Source: Takakia lepidozioides | Taxonomy: Eukaryota > Plantae > Bryophyta | Direction of reading: 5' to 3' | DNA: 64,000 nt | Assembly (NCBI GenBank): GCA_030704615.1 | Contig: CM060732.1 | Span: 58,218,001-58,282,000, forward strand | Shown here: in pieces, positions 25,014 to 39,642 of the stretch | Position numbering within the stretch: the stretch's first letter is position 1 | Layout of the letters: each line of letters starts with the position of its first letter | The notes under the pieces: model-generated | The model's database searches: none | The model's input: the letters and a program-made list of their open reading frames with translations, nothing else | What the model was told of the DNA's origin: nothing | Made by a program: the position numbers and the translations under genes

Positions 25014-28000
25014 CTAAGCCAGTGCCATAGAATTGAGCACTGTTTGATGTTGTGTCCAAGACTGTCGGAGTTCCTGCTCAAACAGAGAAGGCCCCGGATG
25101 GGACAAGATACTAGCACCCAAGCAGACATCACCATCATACAATACTAATGCTTGGCCTGGCGTTACAGCTCTTGCAGGGGTTGCAAATCGCACCTGCCAA
25201 CACAAACCCAAAACGTCCCTTTTCAGTGCATTTCTCACTGTTTCAAATGAATGAAAACCCCTACTCTCTCACAATCTAGTTTGGTTTTTCCTTGCTGTTT
25301 TACTTGTCCCATTGCCCTTGTCCTGTGGACGTTTAAAAGTTTTTTTCTCCGCGGACATTATAAAGTACCAAGTGATTTGATTTGATTTCTTTTCTTTCTT
25401 TCTCTCTGCTCCCTTCCTTACTCCATTTCATTTGAGCACTGGTCTACAGCCAGAAGACTATGAAAGCGAAGTCCTCTAATTTTCTCGGCATTTCCGGAGA
25501 TTTCCTTAAAAGGATTAGTGTCTTTACATACCCTAAAGGTCCATGACAACCAAATTTCGAATATAACGACCATCAAGAAGAGTAACTTCGCTCACTTTGC
25601 ACGAAGAATAAGAACCTTTTTATGCTTTAGAATTCTTAGAAAGGCTGACCGGCATACGAAAATGGGCACACACCTGTAACTGCTGCTTCTTCTGAAGACT
25701 GGAAGATTTCATAGCATCAAAGGCTGTGGTCTTCTGAAGTCGACAGAAGGTGCTGGGAGCAAACTCAACCGACTGGGTGCCAACCAAACCCATGCCAGCA
25801 TTAATAGCAATAGTCTGAGAAAGAAACTACACACTCCTCTAACTGTTGCCGATAGCGTGCTTTAAACATACATGTTAATGGCCTCCCATCCTGAAGGGCT
25901 TTGGGGGCTTCCCCAGAAATCCAGAATGGAGAATCTGCCACACATGCCAGGAAAAAGAGTTTCAAGCTGCTGCCACACCCAAGTTACATGTAGCAGACAT
26001 GGAAATTGTAGTTAGTTGGGATTTCTCCTTGCGCTTGAATGGGGTATACTCATGTGTCTTTGCAAGCAAACATGACTACTTTTTCCTGTAACCATGCAAT
26101 TTTTGGCATTGAAAATGAAAACTGAAAAGAGAGTAGTAGGCATATGCAGAAACAAGGACATTGAAGTTCACCAGTAGAGATAAATACCTGCAACGGCAGT
26201 AGTGCAGAAGAGAGCAGGGTGATCAGCACCCGGTGCAACAAACACAATATTATTAGGCACATCCTTGCCTACTACGTAGAAGGCTTCTGGAACCCCACTG
26301 ATGCCAGCTCGTTGGCCATGTGTATATGCTGCAATGCCCTCATGGATGCTCACGAGGGTCTGGCCATAAACAGACACAAAGGGGCCGGGGTTCATCTCAA
26401 CGTACTCAGAGATGAAGTCACGAAAATGGCGCCTCCCAACAAAGCAAATTCCCGCACTGCTGCGTTTGGTTGCTATTTTAAGGCCTTCAGCTACTGCCAG
26501 TTTACGAACCTCGGATTTCAGTAAAGACCCCACTGGGAAAAGAACCCTTTCCAATGCAGCTGCGCCCTGGCCAGGGTGAAAGATACAGTTAAAACACTAC
26601 ACCATGCAGTTTGAGTTGACCATCTAATGGCACTTGAGAAGTGCCTGAGACTCGTACAACTACCTAACAATGATGACAGGAGATGTCAGGTTGGACCATA
26701 GCTCAGATGGACTAACGCCTGAGAGTTCAAAGAAAAAGAAACTTACAACGGAAGCCAAAAAATATGACTGGTCTTTGTGATGGTCTGCCCCACGAAGCAG
26801 CTCCACATTGCCTCCATTCAGGGGCCGATGAAGGCGAGCATAGTGCCCGGTAGCTAACTTGTCAGCTCCCATTTGCACCGCATGCTCCAGCAGTGCATCA
26901 AACTAAAACCCAGCAGATCATAAATCACATTTGCAGAATAGTAAACCCAAGAATGCCCTTCTGCAAAATGCTCTGAGGAACGGTGATGGTCAGCATACAA
27001 GCAGATTTGCAGGTTGTCCCCCTTGTCCTGTAAGACCATTAGACATAGAAAGCAGTGGTTTACCAAATGGGAAGGATTGGATTCGCTGCAACAAGAAGGT
27101 AAAATTCCCAAGAAATTGTCCATTGAGCCAACTGTATTGAGGATGGAAATGAGGAGAGAGGGAACACCTTGATGCACTGATTGCACGCAAGATCAGGGTT
27201 CGGGGTGAAGCCCATGGCAAACTTTTCTGTGAAATTCTCAAACACCTCAATCCAGTAGCGCTTTTGGTAATCCACCTCAAATAGCTCTATTCCTACACAC
27301 CACAAATATTGATCAACTGAAATGCATTCCATGCAGACATATTAATCTCTCTTTCTAGTACTCTCCTTTCCAAAAAAATTCTGCAATTGGCTCCTTTCCC
27401 CCCTTTCATTACAGAATGACCACTGTCACTCATTTGTTAAGTTGATGAATTGAAGTTGAGAGGGAAAGTCAAAAGGAACCACATATAATGTCTTGAAAGT
27501 ACTGGAGAGAGGAGAGGAGGCATAAATGAAGTACTCATTAGACTCTGCTTGCAGTAGCCAAGGGAACAACATCCCAGCGCCCTGTTTGGACATTAAAGAG
27601 AAGGGTAAGGGAAAAAGAGTGAGAGGAACTTTAGACCGAGAAGAGGAGAGATACAGTGAGTACGGGTTCTTCAATGTATCTGCTCCCCACTAAAGCCTTT
27701 AACCGGAGAGAGATAAAGAGAGAAAGCAACCAACGAACCAAGGTCTTTGCAGACCATTTCGGCATCCTGGAAGTCTTCGTCAGCCATGCAATTACCCCCG
27801 CCTGCCTCATCGCGTGAGTCCCAATTGCGCATGTATAATCCAAACACCTTGTAACCCTGAAACAAATGCTACACTCCATTATGCAAAAGCCTATCCACCA
27901 ACATAGACATGGTGACCTTATTGACGATTTAAGGTTTTAGAAGAGAAATCCCCCAGCTAGGATTAAACTCCCCACCTTGGCAGGAGTGGAAGGAGCTTGT

Positions 28001-28504
28001 CGGACGGGAAAAATGGAGAGAAATCGAAACACCGTAGCTGTGTGCAGGAGAACTGCATTCTGGAATGAACTTCGACCCTGATGTCCCAATTTGACCAGCC
28101 CACAACCCTCAAAGCAACTCTCTTTCATAAAGTCGAAGATGAACCTGGCGTTGGAGCAACAGCGCTGCAACCGAAGAATCCACACCTCCGGACATTCCAA
28201 CTGCAACGACACCACGACTGCTTCTTCCTTTTTCTTCCTCTGAAACAATTGTTTCTCTCAAGTTGCCAAACCTCCTACACAGGAAATAATTTATTCCACG
28301 ATCTTCGGGAAAAATATTATTGGAAGAACATATCACTTCTCCGTTTCTTCTCATTCCAGTCACAGTATTGTCTGAACCCAGGGTGGGTTTTCGTTTCTGT
28401 AAAGTGCATGAATTTGCCCGACCCATTTCACATTTTCCCCCAAACAAAAGACACCTCCTTGCTAATCTTTGGAAAGGAGGGAACCCACATAAACCCCGTC
28501 GCAT
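25014..28504 (-). CDS. mnmA: tRNA-specific 2-thiouridylase MnmA/TRMU, 7 exons, N-terminal extension that may be a targeting peptide
   Basis: [15 protein letters not shown]; GLYMRNWD; [13 protein letters not shown]; ATGHYAR; KDQSYFL; [12 protein letters not shown]; SAGICFVG; YTHGQR; [12 protein letters not shown]. One apparent indel near 25830. Confidence 0.95.
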
Positions 28505-30146
28505 GGCCGGATGGGTCCAAAAGACAAAGGCAGTATGAGGGGGTCAGTCACTGCTTACAAGGCTTGCTCGTAACAGATGCCAGAGACAACGGAACGTGGG
28601 AAGCCACGCAGAAAGCGAAGACCTGTAGAGACTGGAACCCATCATGTGGCTCCACTCATCCCGACCCCTACTGCGTGCAAAAGCTTTACCATCTACTCTC
28701 CCTGTCTTCCACCATCCCCACTACACTATATGCTCTCTCTCAGCAATGTCGGGGGCAGACCTCTCAGTCCCTCCTCTATGGGCATAGACGTTTTGGATTT
28801 TCCTTCTTTGGTGGATTCTCTAGTCACTCATGTACATCATAATGTCCATGGCGGAGATTGTTTTACAATAGTTTTACTAGTTACAACAGTTCTAGGTACA
28901 TCACAGAAGTGTAGTCTCGACTAGATGGTTAGCTAATATGTCTTTGACCGAATAGGTCATCAGGTTGAGTCTGCTTCGCGTTATCATTGTTCATCCTTCA
29001 GTATATGATTTTTAAATCGTCAAATTTGGAAGGGAAACCCTTAGTGTGAACACTTTCATATCCATGTATGTATATTTTTCTCTCCTTTAGTTCCTGTATC
29101 CTCCTCAATACTTGCTACTGCATCTTTGATAAGCGCAAGCCCAATCACTACTACAGTCTACAGCCAAGCCAGAACACCACTCAGCTCGAGATATTGTTAT
29201 GTACCACTAGGGTAGCATGTGCCGTTGGCCCAAGTGTCAAGTGTCATCCAAGCCCAAGTGCAATATCCTATGTATGCAAGTGCGTCTATGTCGAGGCCCA
29301 AGTGCGACCTCTAGGGTAGCCTCTGCCGTTGGCCCCAGGGTCCAATGTCATCTAAGTCCAATGCAAATCTGACTACGGGGGCCTTAACTCAATCTGAGGT
29401 ATTAAGTGCTACTGATTTAGATTATGAGTGCAAATCCAGAAAAGCACTGAAGGAAAATTAGAAGAAGGCAATGCGTGGATTACACTAGTGCTATGAGGGC
29501 TGAGGGTTCATGGGAGAGAAGAACCAGGGAGAGTAGAATCAGTAGTGACGGTAGTGGCAGGGCAAAACCTGAGTGCCTCTTTTATGAAAATGTATTCTAT
29601 GTATAATGCAGCCTTGAGGCTGTAGAAGAGGGCTTCAAATGCTTCCAGTTGATGTCTCCTTCAAACTCTGGCGATATGGTGGAGTGTCGCGCCATGGTCC
29701 CGCCAACATGACGGAGGGAGCTCGGTCCATATGCAGGTGTCGATCTCTGGGGAGAAACATATGTTGGAATTCCAGTTCCTATCCAGATCAAGTTGATTAA
29801 TTAGCTCATGAACTGGCTTATGTTGCTTAGCCTAATTGAGATTTGGGCTAGTAGAAGATTAGCCACGATCATAATTAAGTAACGGCAGGAAATCCACCAC
29901 TATGTCGACGAGGGTGGCAGGGCTCTCCACGTGATAATTACTTAGGCGAATTTTCCTGCGTTGAAAGCACCATGGCCAGTAGAGGAACCTAGGTATAAGA
30001 TCAGGCTGAGTTTCTGCATACTTATTATTGTGGTGACAGTTGAGCGATCAGACTGATAGATGCATAGCAGAGACACACAGCTTGTTGTTGATGTTCATCG
30101 AGTCTTCACACTTAGTGTGTGTGAAAATTCACTATCAATACAAATT

Positions 30147-31650
30147 TCATATCTCTGACTGATTATGTCTTAACAACATATAAGGCCTCGTTTGCCCAGG
30201 TGTTCTGAAAGCTGCCGCATTCCCAGAGTTGCGCTCGATATCTGCACAAGTTTTAGACCATGCTTTTCTTGACTCTACCCCTAGATCATAAAAGACACTA
30301 GCAAGCAAGGCAGAGATAGTGGATGTTTCACCAGAGAAGGTTTTCTTGCATCCGGCCTTTCCATAAGTGCCAGAGGGCGGAGCTCCTAAGGGTCTCAAAG
30401 ACAGGGCATGAAACAAACCTCTGCTTGGTCTGCTGGTTGTAGTTAAGAAGAATGTCCAGGGAAGAAAGAGTGTTTCACCAGAGAAGGTTTTCTTGCATCG
30501 GACCTTCCATAAGTGCCAGAGGGCGGAGCTCCTAAGGGTCTCAAAAACAGGGCATGAAACAGACCTCTGCTTGGTCTGCTGGTTGTAGTTAAAGAAGAAT
30601 GTCCAGGGAAGAAAGAGTCTTGGTCCCAATGTCTGTAAAACTTTATGACCAAAGGCCAGATTCTGGCTGGGGCAAGACAAAAGAGGAGACAATGCTCCAA
30701 GGATTCCAGTATGCCTGCTGTACAACAGTTACATAGAAGAGCTGCCTGGAACTGTAACCACTCCCCCACCTTGAGCACTCTGTTAGCCACCTGCCAGAGG
30801 AACGCAGCAATTTTTGCAGGGCGGGATTTAATCCATACTGAGCTCCATATGACCTGCCAGTTCTCACTCTGGAAGCCATAGAGCTCCCATTTGGCGTGCC
30901 ATTTGCCTTTCAAGCAGCACGCGTTAAAGAGGGCCTTGTATCCCTTCCTAGTGGTGAACTCAAAAAAAGGCTCGGGGCTCCTAGCAAACTTCCAAGACCA
31001 CTCCATAGGTCTTATATCCAACTCCCCCAGTGGATGACCCAAGATCCACACAAAGGTGTTACCAGCAAGCCATTGAGGAAGAGGCGACATGAGATCAGGT
31101 TCTATATAGATTGCAAAAAGGCTAGCCTTTTAGAGCCAACTATTTTAATTAGGTTGCATTCCTGGGCAGAAAGTCTATGTCACTCCTGGACCAGTGAAAT
31201 TGCTAGGCGCACAGCTCTTGCACAGGGTTTATCAACAACTGAAGATACCAAATTTTAGCTTTGTCTTGTTGGGCTGGTTCAGACCTACCCCATCACTGGT
31301 GGCAAAACATCTTTGGTCTTCCTCCAACACTAAATAATGTTCCATGGCCGTCTTGGGAGTATGGGAAAAAGAAGAGATGTTGTTGCCCACATATATTGAA
31401 TTTTGTGAAAACAATGTGCGCGCTCACGCTTCCCAATGTCCAGGATGGGTTGATGAGGCCAAATGATCATCACCTTTGCAGTGTGGTCCCGATAGCAACC
31501 CTAGCTTTTTTGACAGATAGCAACACACCTGTCATCTTTGAAATAGCTGAGACCTGGCCCCTTTTGCAGACCTGTCCTTACAGTATTGTCCCACCCTAGA
31601 ATAGAGGTTCCATATTAGCAGCACCTACCTCATCTTAGCAGCAGCAAAGA
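30147..31650 (-). mobile_element. 5'-truncated L1/Tx1-type LINE (zf-RVT C-terminal region) with a 147-bp internal tandem duplication
   Basis: WSSVW...PAKIAAFLWQV...CNCC...ESLEHCLLFC..A..IW and LWHLWKVRC. Duplicated units lie at ~30324-30470 and ~30471-30617. Confidence 0.8.
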
Positions 31651-31661
31651 GGTGGCTCCTC

Positions 31662-34600
31662 TCATATACCTCTGTCTTTCATCAGTTTTCTCACCTTTGC
31701 AATATCATTGCGCCAGCCAGCCACAGAGTAGATCTGCAATAACAGCCTATAGGTGGCAGCAGCTATGGGTGCCACTAGAGCATGCTTTTTGCCACGCATT
31801 CTGCCAGCTTGACATTGCCATGAATTCTGCAGGCACCAAGCAAGGTACCCCACACTGCAGCATCTGGTTTGATTGGCACTTTGTTGATGAAAGCCTCGGC
31901 CTCATTCAATTGCCCTGCACGGCCAAGAAGGTCCACCATGCAACCAAAATGCTCTACTGTAGGAGTGAGGCCATGATCTCGAGTCATCGAATCGAAGTAG
32001 TGAAGGCCTTCATCCACCAGTCCCAAATGACGACATACAGAGAGGACACATGTAAAGGTGATACCATCTGGCTTCAAGCCTTCCTGCTGCATTTGTTCAA
32101 ACAGATGCAAGGCCTCCATGCCACACCCATGCCGAGCATACCCTGCAAGCATCGCACTCCATGAGACTGCATCTCGCTTCGTCATATTATCAAAAACTTG
32201 GCGAGCATCATTTATATTCCCACATTTGGCATACATGTCAACAAGGGTATTCTCCAGATTGACATTAGGCACAATACTGGCTTTAATGATGTCAGCATGG
32301 ACCTCTTTGCCCTTTCCCAGGGTTCCCATGCTGGCACAAGCATGGAGAAGGCTAATGAACGTGACTTTGTCTGGCATAACTCCTTCACGTATCATTTGCT
32401 CATAGATCTTGAAAGATTCCCTTCCACACCCATGCTGAGCATATCCTGCGATCATTGCATTCCATGACACCACATTTCGTTCAGCCATGCTGTCAAATAC
32501 TGTACGCGAATCTTTTATGCTGCCACATTTCGCATACATGGCCATCAGAGCAGTGTCAAGAATGATATCTGCCACAATTCCGGCTTTGATGATGTCGGAG
32601 TGGACCTCTCTGCCCTTGTCCAGGGCTGTCAGGCTTGTACACGCATTGAGAATGCATACAAACGTGACACTGTCAGGCGTCACCCCTTCCTTTTTCATTT
32701 GTTCGTAGATTTCAAATGCCCTCTTACCACACCCATGCTGAGCATATCCTGCAAGCAGTGAACTCCAAGAAACCACATCTCGTTTAGCCATGTTGTCAAA
32801 TACTTGATGCGCATTCTTCATGTCCCCACATTTCGCATACATGTCGACAAGGGAATTGCCCAGAATAATAGTTGACTCAATTCCCATTTTGTCCACGTCA
32901 GCATGGACCTCTTTGCCCTTTTCCAGGGCTGCCAGGTTGGCACATGCATTGAGAATGCCAACAAAAGTTACCCAGTTGGGTATCACTCCTTCCCCTATCA
33001 TTTGTGTGTACATCATCAAAGCCTCACTTCCGCACCCATGCTGAACATGTCCTGTAACCATCAAATTCCATGAGACCACATTTCGCTTGGCCATATTGTC
33101 AAATACTTGATGTGCATCCGTCATACTCCCACATTTGGCATACATGTCAGCAAGGGCATTCTCCAGAATGATATCTGGTCCAATTCTTGCTTTTATCATG
33201 TCAGCATGGACCTCTTTGCCCTTTTCCAGTGTTGCCAGACTGGCGCACACATTTAGAACGCAGGTGAAAGTAACTTTGTCCGGCATAACCCCTTCCAGTA
33301 TCATTTTCTTGTAGGTCTTGAAAGCATCTGTACCACGCCCATGCTGCGCATATCCTCCGATCATGACGTTCCATGAGACCACATTCCGACGAGCCATATT
33401 GTTGAACACTAGACAAGCATCGTTTATGCTCCCACATTTAGCATACATGTCAACAAGGGCAGTGTCCACAATGATGTCTGACACAATCCCAGCTTTCAAG
33501 ATGGCGCTGTGGACCTCTATGCCCTTTTGCAGTGTTGTCAAGCTTGCACATGCATTGAGAACACAAAGGAATGTGACTTTGTCAGGTGTCACCCCTTCGC
33601 ATATCATTTGCTCATAGATCTGCAGGGCCTCCCAACCACACCCGTGCTTGGCATATCCTGTGATCATCACAGTCCATGAGACCACATTCCGTTGAGTGGT
33701 ACTGTTGAACACCCGACGCGCATCCTTCATGCTCCTACATTTGACATACATGGCAATAAGGGCAGTGTCCAGAATGATATCCGGTTCCATTCCAGCTTTG
33801 ATGATTTCAGTGTGGATCTCTATGCCCTTTTCCAGGCTGGCACATGCATTGAGAATGCAAGAGAATGTGACACTGTTGGGTGTCACTCCTGTCCGTATCA
33901 TTTGCTCATAGATCTCGAAGGCCTCCCTGCTGCACCCTTGCTTAGCATACCCTGCAATCATCGCCCTCCATGTGAATAAATCTCGCTTAGTCATCTTGTC
34001 AAACACTTGACGAGCATCCTTCATGCTCCTACACTTGGCATACATGTCAACGAGGGTATTCTCCAGAATAATATCTGGCTCAATTCCAGTTTTGATCATG
34101 TCAGCATGGACTTCTATGCCTTTTAACAAAGCTTCCAGGCTGGCACACGCTTTGAGAAGACAGGAGAAAGTGACATTGTCCGGTGTCATCCCTTCACGTA
34201 GCATTTGCTCATAGATCTTGAAAGCCTCCCTGCCACACCCATTCTTGGCATATCCTGCTATCATTATATTCCACGTAAACACATCTTGTTCAGGCATGTT
34301 GTCAAACACTAGGCGTGCATCGACCATGCTACCAGACTTAGCATACATGTTGACAAGGGTGTTGTGTAGTAAGATGTCTGGCTTGAATCCACTTTGGATA
34401 ATGTGGGCATGCACCTGCTTTCCCTCTGCTAGGCTTTTCATCTTGGTGCACTCTTGCAAGATGGAGATATAAGTGATGGAGTCTGCCAGAATGCCACCTT
34501 GGTTCAAACTGTGCAGAGCCTTTTTCAGTTGTCCTGTATTACATAGTGTCCTAACATCCCACGTGCCAAAAGACTTCTTGTGAATCCCGTCTCTTTGTTT

Positions 34601-34978
34601 GGCGGTGTCTGATTGAAAAACTTGTGCTGCTCCTCCTTCCAGCTGACCATCTATCCATGCAGGTTTCTTGTAGCTTTCAATCCACAGTGCCTCCTCAGTA
34701 CCCTTATGCCTGCAATCTGGTCCTCTTGTCTTGTTCCACACCCACACTCTCATTTTACATACTGTCCTCACATCCCAAGAGCCAGAAGACTTCTTGTAAC
34801 CTCTCTCTCTTCGTGTGGAGGTATCTGATTCAAACAACTGTGCTGCTGCTACTTTCAATTGACCATTGACCCATGTACGTTTCTTGTAGCCTTCAATCCA
34901 CAGTGCCTCTTCCGTGCCCTTGTGCCTGAAATCTAATCCTCTGGGATTGATCTGCACCACACTCCAGGCCCCCCTCAC
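31662..34978 (-). CDS. PLS-class PPR protein (about 8 L-S-P triplets plus L2, S2, E1, E2), putative organellar RNA-editing specificity factor
   Basis: 1067-aa ORF with regular VVSW/VTF/DMYAKCG motifs and EHFGCMVDLLGRAG...VWGTLLGACRIHGN. E2 (TYRLL..IYSVAGW..AKVRKLMKDRGI) continues after a frameshift at ~31790. The true start is uncertain. Confidence 0.92.
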
Positions 34979-37900
34979 TCAGCTCTCCGTCCATCCACAG
35001 AATTCACAGGATAGATCCCCCCCCCACCCCACCCCACGTATTTGACAAGCCTTGTATCTCAGAGAATCCATCACAGAGTACAAGACAATCCAATCATTTT
35101 TTAGTGACTAGCTGCCAAGACTCTGCATAGGAAAAAAACCTCTGAAAACAATGAGTAAGAAACCTGAACATAGAAACCATGATGTAGACCGGCTCCGCTA
35201 GTCCTCTCACTTGCAAGAGATGTGGCACGTGCAAATGTGGTTGCACTGCCAGTCACAGTGTTGAGGAAAGACACAATTTTTCTCTGTCCATAGGAGATGT
35301 CAACACTCACCGTAGACAATAAAGCAGAACCAGAGAAACTGACGAACAACTCAACCCCGATGCACAAAAACAGAGTGAGAGAGACACGGGAGAGACCATG
35401 GACAACATCACTAATTTGCGAGGAAGGTTTTCCGTTGATCTTGTCGTTTGCACACTGCTGTAACATAGCAGGCTTTCACCTTACTGCCTCGATAGTCCCA
35501 CCACTGTTTGGGGTTTCCAAAACCATCATTCAAGAGCTTCTCCACTGCTGTATTCGTTTCTTTTCATATTTTTCTGCAAATCCCTAGCATAAACTTGTCA
35601 AAAACTTCAGATTGACTAGACAACAACCTGCTGGTCTTTGTAAGCCAATGAGGGGCAAAAGAACCCTTCGGAAAGAGCCATCCTTGACAAAATGCATGCA
35701 TGTCATGTGATCAAACGTAGGAACAGTGTAGCAAGAAGTCTCCCAGTTATCACCCCCTAAATTCTATTTTCTACATGCTTCTCTCTCTCTCTCTCTCTCT
35801 CCTCTCGTTCAGAATCCATCCCAAAAAGGATACTTACCCCTAGGTGCCTCCAGCTTGTCATCCAAGGAGGTTTCTTGTAGCTGGCAATCCACTGTGCCTC
35901 GTTTATATGCTTGTGCTTGAGACCTGGTCCTCTACAATGGATCTGCACCCACATTCACTCCCTGCCTCCTTGAGCTATCCCTGCCTCCAGAACACAAAAT
36001 CACAGATAATGACAACCCATAATTTACTGGCAAACTACCTACCAGGCTCCAGAGAATATGCTGAATTGGTAACAGGACTACAAAAACATGTCTGAAGGAG
36101 AGAGGGAGAGAGATTTTAATCCCCCTCTAGCAGCCTCTAGCCTTGTAGCTTGCGAGAGGGGCAACACATGTATATGGGGTTGTCCAGCCACAGGGAGTTG
36201 TGCAGTGAGAAAACAGACACCCACCTTATTCCCTCGATTGTTACACCGTGGACTGGGGTTCGAACAATACTCCTTCCAAAGCTCCATGCTTTCCATATCC
36301 TTGCCTATGCCAGCAACTCTCTTGCTGAATTTTGACCACTGCTGGACGTAAATACTCATATTTCTCCACCTCCAGGTAGCCTCCTTGCTCATCACCCTTG
36401 TCCATAAACCTCGTCCTCCTCTACTGGTCTCCAATGCCCCACAATTGGCTTGAAACTAATCGGAAAAAAATCTGAATGTAATGAAGTTCGTGAAATGTCC
36501 TCTTGAATCTTCCATTCCAGGATTGTGAGGGCACACCGATATCCCTGGAAAACTTGTGGAAGGCTGACATGCATGCTCAGGGGTGGGCAAATACATATAA
36601 AATTTATATGTATATAACTTATTCCGGGAACCACCGTACATGGAGCACCCGCGGCCTACAATGGCCGCTCTGTCGTAGAGGCATTAGAGTTTCGTGGGCT
36701 TGAACGTCAACTCATCAAAGAACATATAATGTATTCACATTCGTCCAAGATTCTCCACAGCTTCCGCTCCGGGTGTGCGCGCACCCTTGAGAATCTCTCT
36801 CTTGCTACAGATTGCTTACGGTAAGTCTCCTAAGTATTATACTAAATCACTCTCCACCCACTCCTAACCTACTCTGCAGCCATAAAAAGTGAGAGGCACT
36901 TGGGGACATGTAGCTTTCATGGAAGTATCCAACCCACAATACGGTTGAAATTGTGGGTTATTGTGGAATATTTATCTTCCTCACCAAGCTGCACTACATG
37001 TGGGCACTTGTTGGGAGGGAAATGAGAGAAGCACCTTGAAATATCACCTTTTTGTCAAGGTTTCCAGTACAGAGTGCTAGAACACGTTTATACACACAAT
37101 AGTGAGCACTTCTCTAGTAAGATTCTGCAGTATTTCTAGAGATAAAGAAAGAGGAGAAAGAGAGGGACTGCGATGATGGTTGTCGCAACAACGCCATACC
37201 CTCGTGCACTACCTTTCAATAGAGGATCATCTACCAACCATTTTAAAAAATAACGGCAGAGGATCGTGACTCTGCTCTTTCAAGGGGGTCCCGTAACACA
37301 CCTCTCTATAGACTCTATTTCAGACTAAGGAGTATCGACTGGCGTCCACGGTTACAAAGTACGTTGTACACAGTGCCACAGATACTTGCAAAAAGTTTTA
37401 AGCCCATCTTCACAACAAGTATGCAAATTGTACCAGTGATAGGCGCGCTCCCAGGTTTGGGTGTCGCCGCGCAGGCAATGTGAGCAGTTCCTAAGTCAAT
37501 TCTCTTGCATACATCCACTTTCAAGTTGGGAGGCAAACAAAGCTAAACTTGAATTTGGGAAAGCTGGACAGCAAAACACAGAGGGGGCAGTAAAATCAAC
37601 TTCGGCCTTGTCCTGAAAGCCTGACAACACGGCCATGGCTTGCCTCCATTCCGGTCCTCTGCTCGCCAGGTGATTCATACGTGTACTTGTGCTTTTCTGC
37701 TCGTGATTTCTGTCGCATTTTTCTGGAAGGTTTGAGGTGGCCGATGACAGGGATTTCGTCTGCAATCTTGCTGTTAGGGAACAAAATGATTTGCTTAAAG
37801 CAAATTTGATGTATAAACTGCAAATGCTACGACCATAATCGGTACTGGGGTTCCTCGTGGGTTCCACTTTCCCGGATTATGCGTCCAATTTGCCTCGCCA

Positions 37901-39642
37901 CGGTGGGCATTGGGTGCATCTGCGCTGGTTGCTGCCAAACATCGTCCTTGAAAGTGTGGGTTGAGTTTTCGAAACATGCCTGGAACCCATTTTGGGTCAG
38001 GCCGGCTCCCCCTGCATTTGAGATGTCCATGGAGCCAAATCTTCATCCCTACTCGTTCTGTTCTACGCGGATGGAAGTGATCTAAGGTAGGCAGGAACGA
38101 CATTATATTTTTCTGAAGAGTGTAGTGATGGCTTTTCCCTCACGATTGGGAACTTCCTCTTGTCAATAACCAATTGGTTGATCGAGTATACTGACCGATA
38201 GATCAACCAAGACATCGTTGGATCGAGTGAATCCTCTTTCAGGATAATAGATCTTTATGGAATTTGTGACACTGCATCAAATTGAGGTAGATTTGTCAGG
38301 TAGATTTGTCAATGTGTGTGAGCTGCTGGTGAAAAGTTCACCACAATGCTTCATTGAAGATGATTGTCTGGAAGGTCCAAGCATACAATTTACATCCAAG
38401 TTACTGGCAGCAAAAATACCCAGGAGTAGTTCTTCTAATTGTTAGAAGAAATTTTGCCTACTGGTAACAGTTTGCTATGGGAGACTGACTCTCGTCACCT
38501 TGTCCGGTCCCCAGTTCCTTCCTCAAGAAAGAACAAGTTTTAAATATCCTGACTTGTCATAGTCCTTGGGATGGCAGGCTGGAGCAGTCCTGGTCAGAGG
38601 GTAGGCCTAGAGCTGCCCATCAAGCATGCCTGGATGCGTCATGTTCAAGTTACAGAAAGACCCAGATGACACTCTCTTCCACTGTAAGCTACACAGTTCG
38701 AATGGATTTTTTGTTCTTCATGCAATGTTTGCATATCTGCTTTATATTACGTAATGGTAGTGATTATCAGGGCGTTGTCTCTTTTGTGTCAGGCAAACAC
38801 TGAATGCACTCAAAAGGTCCAGTGATTCATTCTGAACAATTTCTGTCCTGTTTTCAGCAGGTCCTGCATGTCATTGGGTTTCAGAGAGGGTCAAGACTCC
38901 AGAAATTATGCTGGCTCAATGGGGCTGCTGCACTCAAGGAAAGCAATCATTATACTGTGAGGTTAGAAATTTACTTATGTTTGTGCTGGGGTTCACAGTT
39001 ACTCATATTTGGTGAGCTTTTGGCTTCATATCTTCCATGGCAGTGCGCACCCTCATTCTGTACCTTGCTTTCCATCATGTGTAGGACTGCAACAAGCACA
39101 TGATTATGAATATTTCTGTCTTTCTCGGCCTTTATGCTGCCACTCTGACTTTGGACACAATGTAACCCCTGCCGTATACTCATGAGGATGAGCAAAGAGG
39201 TAAACTCTCTTCGATTTTTCACATGGCCTACTCCTGGGACAACAACAGCATCCCAGCCCTCACATCCACGTTTCTTTCAGTTGGGTCTTGGAGCATTTCA
39301 GATTTGGGATCCTAGAGAACGTGGCAATAAGCAAGATTGTTTCTGCAGAGTTTATCTTTCATCCCTTCTAAGTTGTCCGTTTTGCTTGAGATAGCAGCCG
39401 TTTCCCGCATGACAACTATGTCTTTTTCCATTTTGCCCAGCCCTCCCTGTTTTCAGTGTCCTCCCCCGTAATTTAACCCTTCAAATGCTCAGAATTGTGT
39501 CAAGATTCAACCTGTGAGTGAAAAAGTTGCTTGGCTAACATGGAAAGTGGGAATTGCTTGTCCCTTCATTACCATACTGTTCTGGAATTCTTTACACTGT
39601 CCTCTTGTAAGATACCTTGAGATACACTAGTTCTAGTTCTTT

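Noticed and set aside
29195-30149. Solo LTR (TGTT start, internal short repeats)
   Set aside because: No end with a matching TSD could be identified.
32058-34472. Many plus-strand ORFs over the PPR gene
   Set aside because: Antisense shadows of the PPR repeats.
36700-39500. Short ORFs in this interval
   Set aside because: No recognisable motifs or splice-consistent gene model.
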